Below are positions 1 through 12,175 of a stretch of 64,000 nucleotides of DNA, one piece after another. Origin of the DNA: Azolla caroliniana (lineage: Eukaryota; Plantae; Polypodiophyta); contig JBHGNT010000001.1 in NCBI GenBank assembly GCA_043228905.1, positions 29,636,001-29,700,000 of the forward strand, in the 5' to 3' direction. Made by a program: the position numbers and the translations under genes. Numbering within the stretch: position 1 is the first letter of the stretch; every line of letters starts with the position of its first letter. Below the pieces are notes generated by a model, which saw only the letters and a list, made by a program, of their open reading frames with translations, did not search any database and was not told the DNA's origin.

Positions 1-3000
1 ATGCCCCCAAGAATCTGCGGACCTCTGTGACCGACCCGCAAAGGTTCCTCATCGCGGAGATGGCCTCTACCTTTGCCGGAGACGGTTTCCTACCGTAAGG
101 CCCACACAGGTGTCCGACCACCAAGATCTTCGACTCTCCGAAGGCCGACTTTTCCCCGGAGAAGGTGAGCCTCACGCACTCTAGTCTCTACAACACCTTC
201 TCGCAGTCATCGATGTGGGACGCCACGAAATTCCGACATCCGTTCGGCCCGATTGCCTCGTCCCTTTTCTCCATTGGGCATCCCTTGATCAGGATGTCGT
301 CTAAGAACGGCATGGTGATGTCCGGGATACAATCCTTGAGCACTTTGTTCATCGCATTCACCATGTGAGCCACTGAGTTCGTCCCTCCTTGTGGCAGGGT
401 ACACATCCGCACTAGGCCGAGAGGAGTCCGCATCGTCGTAATGTCTCTGCTCTCCACAGCTAGTTGGAACTTATCGTACCCCGAGTACAGATCACCGACA
501 GAATAGATCAACCTTCCAACGAAGGCCTCTGCAAACTCGTCTATGGTCGGTCCGATCCTTGCGTTGACCGGTTGTAGGTCCTGGATGAAGCGCAGTAAAC
601 CACCGATTCGAATACGGGGCACTCGACGGTTCGAGGATGCCCATATCCACCTTTTACTTTAGGAGCTCCATCAACTTCGGGATGTGAGCTCTCGGCACCG
701 GAATCAACTTGAGATTCCACGGTACATGCGGTACCGTGAAGATCACCATCGGTTCGACAACTGTCGGGTCTACGCACCCAATCTCCTCCGGTGAGAATGC
801 GAAAGCCTTCCTGTGCCTCCCGATCATTCTCTGAAACCGGTCCTCCTCCACCGGCAGTAGGAAGCCGCCCCCACCGACCTTGAGCTCCCGTAGCGTTATG
901 TCGGTGAACCGGTGCCCTATGCCAGCCGGATCTCGTAAAATTGGGTCCGACGCGACCCCCTTTATCCGCTCCTCGCTGCCCTCCGGCAAGGGTGCCGCGA
1001 CTGGCCTCACCTTCCAGTCCACAGTCTTGTATTTCGTATCCACGCGGGCCGTCCGATCCGACCCGATCCTTTCCCCGAAGTTTGCGATGACTTCGTACAT
1101 TCCTATTGACCCCACTGGAACGGTCCGGTCTTCTCTAAGGTCTTCACCGATCACCTTTCGTAGTTCGCCCAAGGTGTCGTCAAAAGAGACCGCCTCCACG
1201 GCGCCGCTGATGCCCTCGTCAGGGAACAGGACTCCACATCCCCTGAGCCGCTCCTCCGCTCGCTTCCTCTCCCTGCCGCTGACGCTGGTTATAGTATAAC
1301 CTCCGCTGTCGGAGAACCAAAATTTCCTACCTATGGTACAGATCTTCTTCCGTACTGTACATTTGTGGGGTTCTTCCCGGGTTCCGGACTATCGCGGCCC
1401 CACGCCTTGACAACCCTCTCTAAAAATCCCCTCGGGTTTCGCTGCCGAGGGCCTCGCGGTTACGCTCATGGTTTGGTCGCACCGTTAGGAACTGGACCGA
1501 GTGACGCCCGTCTTGGCTCTTGACTCTTGCATAGGCTGAACCGTTGTCCAGCACCTTGGTCTCCATCCGTGCTGCCGTGATATATGGTTCTCCCAGTATA
1601 ACCGGATGCGAGGACGTCTCCTGCACGACGAAGTGCTGGTCGATCTGGACAGGCCCCATGTAGTTCTTCCGTGGTGCGCGTCGCTGCCCGTATCTTCCAG
1701 CCATGCTTGGTGTTGATCGGCCATTTACCCTTCTTGTTGATCCGTACTGGGGTTTCCGTAGTCGCCCTGGCCCAATGCGGCTTCGTGTAGTGGCTTCCCG
1801 CTAGCTCATCTTCCAAGGCTCCGTCTTCCAGGTGCGTGGTCCGCACTTCCACCGGCTTCTCCGGCTCCGGCTCCGTCGAGAACCTCTTCCGCTTCACCAA
1901 GTCTACGATAGAGTTGTGGAACTCCCTCTTGGCGATTCCTAGCACCTCTCGCAATGACAACTCCACTTTACTGTCGAGGATCCGCTCTTCAAGGACCTTC
2001 CGTAGCTCCGTTGCTCTCTCAATTTCGGTGCTCAACCGAAACCCGGCCTGCTTCTTCCCATCCGGCACGCCTGGGTTGCCGACACCGGTCGGTTTCGGTC
2101 CGAACCGGGTCTCATACCTCGGGGGGCCAACCCCTCCGGCCATTCCTGCCCGTTTGTCCTCCACCAGAACCTCGTAGTTCTGGCAAGCAGCTTCTCCGAA
2201 GCCCGTTTTCTCTTCGACCGGATCGTCCCAACCGGTGACCTCCTGGACCCGTTGTTCCGCGCGGTCCGCCTCTTCCTTCCTCAACCAAACTCCGGAGAGG
2301 CCTTCTAGCACTAGCGACCAGAATCCAGAGTCCTTCGCCTTCCGGGTCTCATCACCCCCAACCCGAATTCCCGCCGACACTGAGTAGTTAACGGCGTCAA
2401 CGTGTCGTGCTGCGGCTTCTTCCATTAACCTCTTCATTCCACCGCGCCCCGTATTCAGTTCTAGGGCTCTCCGGGTCTCGCTCGCGTGCACCAGCCCGTT
2501 CCAGAGGTACACCACGTTGGTCCTGAGCGCGTCGGTGAAATCCGCGCAATCCTTCCGAATGTGACCGATCGTGTCACACCACATGCACCGTTGCCTAGCC
2601 GGCGGCCTCCGGTCGCGAGGTTGTTCACCACTGTCTCTCCGGGCCTGTGCGATCTGTAGGTCGCGCACCATCTGTGTTAGCTCCTCTAGAGCCGCTCCTC
2701 CGGATGGGCCTCTGACCACGTCGCTCGATGCCGACCCCGACTCCGGCCAGATTCAGGTCTCTTCCTTCCTCCCAACCGGCTCCTCAAGCCTCCTCCCCGG
2801 GACCGGCCCCGACCCCGACGTGCTTCCGTCGCTCCAATCGCGCCGTTTGTCGAAACGGCTACAGACACGTTTTACCACGGCCCAATCCGTCGTGAGCCCT
2901 TCGTCCGTTTCCAGTAGAGCACCTTCGCATGGATGCCCGTATGAACGGTTACAACTAATAGGCCGATAAGGCGAACACGGACGCCTGTTCACTCACACAC

Positions 3001-3415
3001 ATAGAAGAGCGAGATGGAGACTCTGCAGGAAGCACGCAGGCGTTCCACGGAGCAGAGTCAGCCTCCCGAAAACGTGCGCAAAATGGCTATGGAGAGTGGT
3101 AGAGGAGAAGGGTTCGGTCCCAGTCCGGCACCACTTCGTCCTCTCTAACGCGCGATACCTTTTTCATCCCTCTCCCTCTCTTTTATAGCCCAAGGAGGGA
3201 GGCCGTTATCATCCGTTACATCACATTAATTCTCTGTCCTTTCGGACAGAGATACACCTCGATTCTCTCCCTATTGAATGCGTGCTACCTAGGATTTCAC
3301 CTCAGTCGACTTGTACCTACCTACTTACTATACAACGAAAAGTGTGCTCGCGTGTAAGGGCCGGTTTACACATGCTAAACTCGGTTTCCGCCTAGGGACG
3401 GTTTTCTTCACGACA
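1..3415 (-). mobile_element. Degenerate Ty3/gypsy LTR retrotransposon (partial 5' LTR, gag, protease remnant, RT), running off the left edge
   Basis: ORF 1466-2719 has a CCHC knuckle (CMWCDTIGHIRKDC). ORFs 654-1199 and 188-622 carry RT motifs (LRFIQDLQPVN, DLYSGY, LPQGGTNS, PFLDD). The LTR end ...TTCTTCACGACA at 3415 is shared with the solo LTR ending at 46011. The segment is GC-rich relative to the host. Confidence 0.9.
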
Positions 3416-4039
3416 ACGTGGTCTATAAAATATTCTCGTGGTTCTTAATAACCACTTCAAGCATTGATAGACATAATAAGAGAGATATTACCATGTCTAG
3501 AAGATATCTCAACTTGAAGGCGATCAAGATTTAGTGCACACAATTTGGAGACACCATTTGGTGAAGACAATGATTTGATTGGTACATTTGAAAATGAGGA
3601 GTTAGAATTATATGTTAGCTATTGTAGTGATTCTCATGAAAGGAATGATTATAGTGATGCAAATAACTCCTTAATATATTTTTTGTGCAACGATATGTAA
3701 CAAATTTAGACAACATTTTATCGAATGAAATAAAAAAGTTGATTGTTTTGAAATCTTTCGTTTATGATTTCGTTAGGATCTAAAATACTACTAGCTATAA
3801 TTTCTCCTTCAAAATACACAAAATTACTTTTTGTATTTGGCCAAAATTTGGCATTTTTCAATTTTACCAAATGGTGAAAATTTTAGCTTTTTCGTCAAGT
3901 TTTCCAGAACATGTGATACTGGTATCAATGTGTTTTATGAATTGGCCAAAAAAGCCCCAAAATCAAACCAAATTTTGCTTATCCTTCCATTTGTGCGCAA
4001 TCCTTCCACATGTGAACGCGAACGTGTTGAGTGATTTAG

Positions 4040-4556
4040 CTGAGTGAAGTGCCGGTTTTCCAGGTGTTTCTCCTCCAAAAGAGTGATCTTGTGTAGTTGC
4101 CTAACCGAAGATTTCAGCTAAACTGAGATCTTAGAATCTGTCATACCAGAGTGAAGCTGACGAAAAGATCTTCAAAAAGTACAAAAGAGGAGATGGTGAT
4201 GAAGACAAGAAGATGGTGGCAGTAGAATCAAAACGCCAAGCTCTGATTCCATATGTTGGAGCTAGCCGTCATAATGCAAAACAAACTCATCACTCTTTGA
4301 GATGAAGATATTCAGTGAATACAAAGAAACAAATTGACAACACAAGACAATTAAATCATAAGACAAGATTAACAAAAAGATAGAGAAAAGAAGTACACCA
4401 AAGTAGACACAATAGTATGTAACTGTATTATTCTCTCAGAGAGTTACAATGGCAACAACGAAATGAACAACCACAAAACTAAGTTACAAAAGTCAATTAA
4501 ATACTGACTAACTTAGGGCAACTGCCCTTTGCATTATTTACAGAAATAGCCTAAAC
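4040..4556 (-). mobile_element. LTR retrotransposon remnant: PBS plus adjacent LTR fragment
   Basis: GCTCTGATTCCA at 4240-4251 is the reverse complement of a tRNA-iMet PBS (TGGtATCAGAGC, 1 mismatch). It lies 2 nt from TGTTGG, an LTR end. Confidence 0.5.
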
Positions 4557-5526
4557 CTAGTGTGTCCAATGGGATAGTGTGAATACGACCATTATATACC
4601 TGTTTTGGACCTGGAGGAGGTCTTCTTTAATAGTCTCCCAAAGGCTCATGAAGAAGTGAGAGGTGAGGCCATTGATTCCAGGGCGGTTATCTGCATCCAA
4701 ATCGGATAGTTGCTTGCATATTTCGATGATTGATAGGGGACACATGAGCCATGTATTCATTTCCATCATGACCTTCTAGGGTATGCTTTGGAGGATAATA
4801 TCTTCTCTTGTGTCTTCCTCTATGGCCATACCATCTTCGTTAAGTAGTCACTTATAGTAGGTTGTGGCGATATTCCTCATTTCTTCACCATCTTCAGTGG
4901 TCGTTCCATCCTCTCGTGGTGATATTCCTCATTTCTTCACCATCCTCAGTGGTTGTTCCATCCTCTCGGTTGAGGCCGTGCATCATTGTTGTAGTGGTCT
5001 CTTGGATCGAAAGAATTCCTTCGTGGTTTTGTCCCCTACTCGAATCTAGCGAGCCATACTTCCATGAAACTCCATGTCATAGATTGCCTTTTTTGTCATG
5101 ATGAGTTCTTGTTTGGCCATGACAACCTGTCTCGCGATGACAAGTATCTCTTTTGGAGTCGTTGTAAGGCTATTAGTCCCCGTTTTGTCCTTTGTCGTTT
5201 TCCTTGAGCATCCTTACTGTCATGGACATGACAACAATCATGTTGTGATTCGAACTCTTGACCTATTGTATTATAATCAATTGATATGTTTTAACTAACA
5301 GATCCAATACATGGTCATGTTACCTTAGTAGATTATTAGTAGATTATCTATTCCACGTGCTAGAAGATTTTAGAAGGCCACAAAATATCTAATCCAGAAT
5401 CTTGTGCATGAAAATGAGTCTTTGCATGGAACTACATTTAGATCCCACAAACATGTATAAATACAGGGGTTCACCTTGACCCTAGTCAAGGTGAACAACA
5501 CCAGTTACGGAATCCAATATTTTGCT

Positions 5527-5581
<55 letters not shown>

Positions 5582-6520
5582 GTATCTTAACTTTCACCTA
5601 GCTCTGTTTTGCTCTACTCTATCTGTCCATGACACTTACTTTTAGTCTTGATGATCTCGTGTAAGATTTGAAGCTCTTGTTAGTTTAACTAGAAGTTTGT
5701 CGGATGCTGATGAGTCATTGACGGGTAATAAACATTGGGTGGTGAGTTGTTCCTTCATCTCTGTGACTGTGTAAATAGTGTGTAGAATTCGAGTTGGAAT
5801 GAACCCCACTTTCGGTGCAATTGAAAATGACTGATTACTTGATAGTGATCAGAGAAAGTTATGCCTGGAGTTATGCGACACCAGCCTCCGTTCGCTTCTT
5901 GGGCCTTACCTACATAAATACGGTCGATGTGAGATAGGGTGGGTCCACTATTCCACCCATCTGATCGGGAAAATAATAGAGAGTCCCTTTTTTGTTGGAA
6001 GTTGTCTAAATGCCATATATCTTGCAGGTTAAGGCGGACACATAACTTCTCCCACAATTTGTATTCCCTTGGAGAACTATGGGATTGTTGTTGGAGCTAT
6101 CATGAAGGGATTCGATCATATTGAAATACCCTCTAATGCACCACTCCTCCTCACGTGTTACTTGAATGTTGTAACATGGAGCGTGCAAGGGCTGAGGAGT
6201 CGACTAGACCAACAAAACTAATGGAATCTGAGGTCATCATCATGTTGTAGGAACACCACCTTGATAGTACCCGTTTAAAGGAAGTCGAAGACCTTCTACT
6301 AGGATCGTGGCGAACAATGTGGGAGCCAACAATAGGGGATGATGGAAATCATGGTGGTATTTGCACTTTAATCCGGGAACATTTTGCCCAAGGCTTAATA
6401 CATCAGGAATCACTTATACCTGGTAGGGTGCATTTTTGCACTTTGGCCATCCAAGGGCAATGCTGGAATTTCATGAATGTTTACACTCCAAATAACAGAA
6501 CTGAAAGAGCACCATTTCGG
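4557..6520 (-). mobile_element. Decayed L1-like LINE ORF2 fragment (endonuclease and pre-RT region) with an inverted 5' segment
   Basis: Minus strand: WCIRGYFNMIE, DRIYV, SDH and PGINGLT motifs; 4600-5100 is homologous to 48260-48690. Plus strand 6165-6520: TWSVQGL, EHHL, NVYTPN (endonuclease N-terminus). Confidence 0.75.
5218..5634 (+). mobile_element. Solo LTR (417 bp) inserted in the LINE relic
   Basis: Termini TGTCATGGACA...TGTCCATGACA form an 11-bp inverted repeat. 5-bp TSD CTTAC at 5213-5217 and 5635-5639. TATAAATA near 5456. Confidence 0.9.
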
Positions 6521-6659
6521 GAATATGATGTTTTACAGTTCTCTTTCACATATATATGCGCATGTCAATGTATAAAGGCCCAAAATGCTCAAATCGACGG
6601 GAAAGGAAGCGCATGTGTGGATAAGTGACATGTTTAATCATGCATCACAACATGGCATG

Positions 6660-6940
6660 CCCTACTATTGCATTACAAATTGGATTATAGTTGCCTCACC
6701 AATGGAAAAAAATATTTGGATGCATAATGGAATCGAAGGTAAGTACATGGGTTGAAAATAATTGTAAGAGATATGGACATAGCATCAACGATCACCTTGT
6801 CATATTTTGAGTATGAATGGAAAAAAGTTGCTTGAGGGGTAAGGGTTTATATCATTGCTTTATAGATTACAGGAAAGCTTTTGATATGGTACCTCGTGAG
6901 CATATTTGGAGGAACGTGGAAGAACTCAAGGTGCCACCTT
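6660..6940 (+). mobile_element. Short non-LTR RT fragment (RTE-like)
   Basis: Translates to CFIDYRKAFDMVPREHIWR around 6855-6915. Confidence 0.6.
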
Positions 6941-9900
6941 CCAAGTTGTACCAAAAATTAGTGTGCAGATGTTGTTGAAAGCATGCTTCCCATGAAACAT
7001 AGTTTTATACTACAACTACAACAATGATTAGAATTAATGTTTATTGGTCAAACTTTTGGCAAGCCCTTTTCATTTTTTGATTACTTACATGTGATTTTAT
7101 AGCCATACAAAAGTTACTTTTTGTATGGTTAGATTTGGCATAATATCCCATGCATCTCTATGCTCTTTTATTTGAATGCTTTAGTTTATTGAGTATCAAA
7201 GACATTTAAGGTCCTAAGTTCTAACTTGTATCCATTCTTTGTGGGGTTTCACCTGGTCTTCAAGATACAGACAAACATGTGTGCATGAAATGTAATTCCA
7301 TTGAAGAATAATAGAAGATGAATTTTACTACTAGGGTTAAGTTATTGAAAGGAAACATGTGTGTGTGAAATGTAATTCAATTGAAGAATAGTAGAAGATG
7401 AATTTTAATACCAGGGTTAAGTTATTGAAAGGTGGATGAGCATGCGTAAGCTTCAAACCAGTTCAAGCAACAAGGAAATTGGTAATCATTGAATTAAAAG
7501 GTTGTCATATAGACGTTCATATGGTCCATGCCATGTGTGTGTCTAGAAGTGAGCATACATGTGTAAAAAGTGCAATTTAATTTAATCCAAGTAGGATATG
7601 ACTAATAATTTTTAAATAGTCACAAATAACCATTACTTTACGTCAATTAAGTGAACCGATTCATTTTCAAGACTCCTCTTTTCCATATAACATGTTTATT
7701 ACCTCGTTTTAACCTAATACCTTCCACCACTCTCATTCCTAGGGATACTAAGTTGAAAAAATTGGTATCGACATGGTTGCTTGGTCTATAACACTATTTC
7801 TACTATTCAAGTATGCTTAGTTGATCAAATGAGCAAATATCCTAGTGTCTGAATGGTGTTTAACTCATGTATCGACACTTTGGAAATCCAATCTTAGCTC
7901 CTCTATGTGGATACTCTCAATAAATAAATCGAAGTCAGTAATATTTATTTGTGTGTACTAACATGGACACTTTACATTTAATGAGAATTACTTGATTAAG
8001 AATAGTGGATACCTACTTAAAGTAGTCATTTTGGTTAAAACGTGACCTGCTTAGAATATACTAGGAATATGATGTTTAGAAGAGAAAGTACTTAATGCAC
8101 ATATCTCAAGGTGTCCCTACATTTGTAAATAAACTTTTTGTCACCATCAACATGGTGAGAGAATGTTTGAAGCTATATAATATATCTCGTTAAACTAAAT
8201 GATAACTCGTGTGCTCATTGATCAATCTCTCATTGCTAATTACTTTTTTATAATGATTGTACATAAGTCTCGACTTCTTGCTGGTCACCACAATCCACTC
8301 ACCAAAGTACCTATCACCTGTGATGACATCATCAAAACTCACAAACATGTATCCCCTATCAAACACCAACCATATAACGCACGATCACAAGCACAGAGAA
8401 TGAAGGAGCTTGTCGGAACCCAAGTTGTGGATGGAACTTGTACCTCACTCTCAATGCCAATACAATCAATGTTAGGATTCTCCTCGCTCGTGGATATCAC
8501 GAAGTTTGAGTGCACCGCCCAACATTACAACTAGACGTATGATCGGGCGATTGACTCAAATAAAGAAGTCAAGAGTCGCAATATGTACATGCAACAACAT
8601 GGACCATAGCTCTTGACTTCTTTGTCTGAGAACATGTGACCTGCTCCACGATACCCCATCTTTTCTCTGCTCTAGCGTGCCCATCATACCATTAAACCGA
8701 CGATTGAAGCCATGAGGTACTCAGAGCCCTATTGTTACAAAGAACTTTTATGGATAGACAAAACATCAAACATATTAATTGTTCGCACTCCTCAACCCAC
8801 CCCCTTCTTTTCATCATGAACGGTACCTCGATGATATGCCTATACCTTGAGGACAATACATTGCACCCATACATGAGGTTTTAAGATCAAGAGGACCCAA
8901 GTGAGCATATCCTCTTGTTCTAGTTAACGGATTTGGCTGCCCACCAAGCATTTAACATTGGCACTTGACCTTAGATGAGTGAATGGCTTTCCAAGTGATC
9001 ATGGAGTCTAATGGAAGGCTAGACAATGAGTTAGGTTACAATCGATGATGGTAAGGAACAATCTACAAAAATGGATTGTTGATTACTAGGACAATGAATG
9101 AGGCTAATCAGCTAGATTGAAAGTGGTAAACCATGATCACAAGATGTAGACAAAAAAACAACCATGCCCAATCGCATGAATATATGAATGATTCTAAACC
9201 AAACCATTCATTTGTAATACAATATTGTGAAAGGATATATTGGATTCGATCCATGTCTATGATACTTGTTATAATACATCGGAGATCTACCTTAATCAAT
9301 GTTTCTTGGCCACCAATATGTCTCCCTTATTGAGTTCCATGATAGTTTTATGTGGGTCACACATGAGGGATATAAACCATATTGTGTATTCAGGCCACCC
9401 TAAAGTGGGGTATCTACCCTCTTTTTGGGATGTCTTCATAAATGCCCTTCAGATGTAGGAAGCATAAGACTTGATTCCTCTTTACTAACATGATAGCATC
9501 TCTAATGAGAGTGAGTGCTCATTGCTCAATCACTTTCCTCCTATTTATAGCCAATCCCCACAATAACCTTCCTCCCAAGATCTAGTGAGTATGTAACTAT
9601 TCACGATCATTTCTCCAACATGTGCATGCAAAGGTGAAATAATGTGGACCCACATTTCCATCATCATATCACCATCCCTCGTCAACCTCTTACCTCACTC
9701 TCGATATACATTGTTGCTTGGTAGTGATGGTGTGGTCAAGGGTCAGAGATTGCAGTTTCGTGTGATCGAAGGTTAAAAACCTTTGCGTGTTTGTGGGTTA
9801 GTAAGAAAAAGGTTTTACATAAGCCTTCCTAAATTTAAATCTTGTATGTTTTTGGCCTGTCATGGGGTTTGAAGCTTCAGGTGGTTAATGAATATTGACA

Positions 9901-11036
9901 ACCATTGTATGTTTGCCTATCTTATTGTGGGGTCATAACTACATTGCAACTTCTAGGTTGTTTTGGGATTCATACATTCTAGCTTTGATTGCGAGTTCAT
10001 AACTCAATCATGAGCTTGAGGCTACACTAATTTGATGCATAGAATAACATATCTTGATGTTTTGGATTAATTTTTGTGAATTAATACTACCATATTTTCA
10101 TGATGGAATTTCATACCATTTCTAATGTGAGCATAGGAGAACTCGATATTGATGATCTTTTTCTGCATTCACATTGTCTTCATGTAGGGTTCTCCAAGGA
10201 TCACCAATTGGAAATGGTATCTGGAACAAACGAAAATATCCCGATCGTCATGTCCACATTAGAGCACACACTTGTACAAACCTTCTGGTGATTGGCCATC
10301 GCCCCATGTGGTAAACTTGGCGAACACCAAGCTGATTTCTCACTTGTGATTGATGAGTAGCACACACCACCAACTCTTTTATGTCTCTGATTTTCCTGAG
10401 AGTTTCCATTGCCCCCAATGCGGCTAAGTTTAGTTGTGTCATGATAATATTCCTGGAGGCATTCATCGGCTTCTTTCGTTAACCATCTTTCCCTTTGTGA
10501 GTCAGACTCCAATGTTAATTTCTTCCTTGAATATACTTAAAAAAGAACTACACCAATGGCAATTCATGTGCCCCCCATGGGACCATAAGAATGGTGTTTG
10601 AAATTCACCACAATATTTCAGTTTGATCAATTCACATTTGACATGCGAAGACGGTCATTGACAATCACCTTTTTTTCATTCGCAAGTAGTTCAAACAACC
10701 AGGATTCAACTTTCATACCAATATCATAATTGTTTTGGAAGCATTTTGATGGTTAGATCTGACAATGAAAGATTTGTAAACAAAAATTGACTATGCATGA
10801 AGATAAATTCTTTAGATACAAAAGAGTACATACAACAAAGAAGACAACTGCCCTCTAGTGCAAATCATACATTTGTTTATAAAAATGGACAACACATATC
10901 ATTCATGAAGTGATAGGAAAGTGAGGAATCGATATTGAAACTCTCTGTGTATGTATGTCCACATAAATGAGTTTGCCCAACCAAAGGATAAACTGTCACA
11001 TCAAAAGCTTCCTCCATAATCTTCTTCTAGACCATT

Positions 11037-12124
11037 CTACGACACATTTTCGGGGAAAACCTTCCGTAGAAACTCCTGAAACCTTTGAGCGTAAGGGTGT
11101 GGATCCACAACCGAGATTGAGACGGAATCAAACTGGATAGATTTAAAAGCATGTTCGAGCTTCTTTAGGACATTGTACTCTTGGAGGATATCGATAATGC
11201 CGAAGCATAGGACTACATCATAAGATTCAGTAAACGTATCTTCTCGAGGAACTACATCTCCACTACTGACATTATTCGGCTTCCGTTCCGCTCTTGCTGG
11301 CATGTTTGCACCTAACTGAATTTGAAGCCTATTATGAAGCCGCAAAAACAAACCCATATCTTAGCAATTAGTTCAAAGAAAATGCTATAAATTGCAAACC
11401 CTAAACTCCCCCCAAAAAACTATATGATTAACTTTAGTACAAACAGAACTATATGATTAATTTTAGTAAAAACAAAACCAGGTAATTAACTTTAGTACAA
11501 ATGAGACAAGTCTACCTTTCATCTGTGAAATGAAAAGCACTAAATGAACTTTAACACATAGTACAATACTCAAGAAAGGTGACCAACATACATGTTGACT
11601 TACCTCGTAGTTCCAGCAAGAAGGTCCACTTGCTCATCGCCAGCAATTGCTGCCCTCAAAGAGCTACCACGAATGTGTGACCCTTGTGTTTTATCATTTG
11701 GTTCATGAGCGACGAGCACCAGGCTTTCCGGATAAGTTCCTAATACATAGTCCACAACATGGTGAGTCCCATAATCCAAAACCCCAAACTTCCCATGCGG
11801 AAAAACACTAAACCCTACACATAACCTCTGGAAAAAACTAAAATCTAAGAGGATAAATTCGGGAACCCTAAACCGTAAAATGCTGAAACTCTAAAGGCAA
11901 GTTCTTCAGCCTTATACCATAGAACCACAAACCTTAAACCCTGAGGGAAGTTCTAGAACCATTCAACACTAAAATTTGAACCGTAAAGATAAGTTCGATA
12001 ACTTTAAACCAGTAAAGGTAAGTTCTAGAATCTTAAATCCATAGAGTCATGTTCTAGAACCCTAAACTGTAATGGTAAGTTCAAGAACCCTGAACTCCTA
12101 AAGGTGAGTTCTAGGGCCCTAAAC

Positions 12125-12175
<51 letters not shown>

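Noticed and set aside
7273-7432. 80-bp tandem duplication (similar ones at 21170-21485, 23443-23830 and 49200-49295)
   Set aside because: Ordinary local duplications with no further structure.
10100-10760. Possible decayed ORF downstream of PIP5K
   Set aside because: About seven stops in ~200 codons and no recognisable motif.
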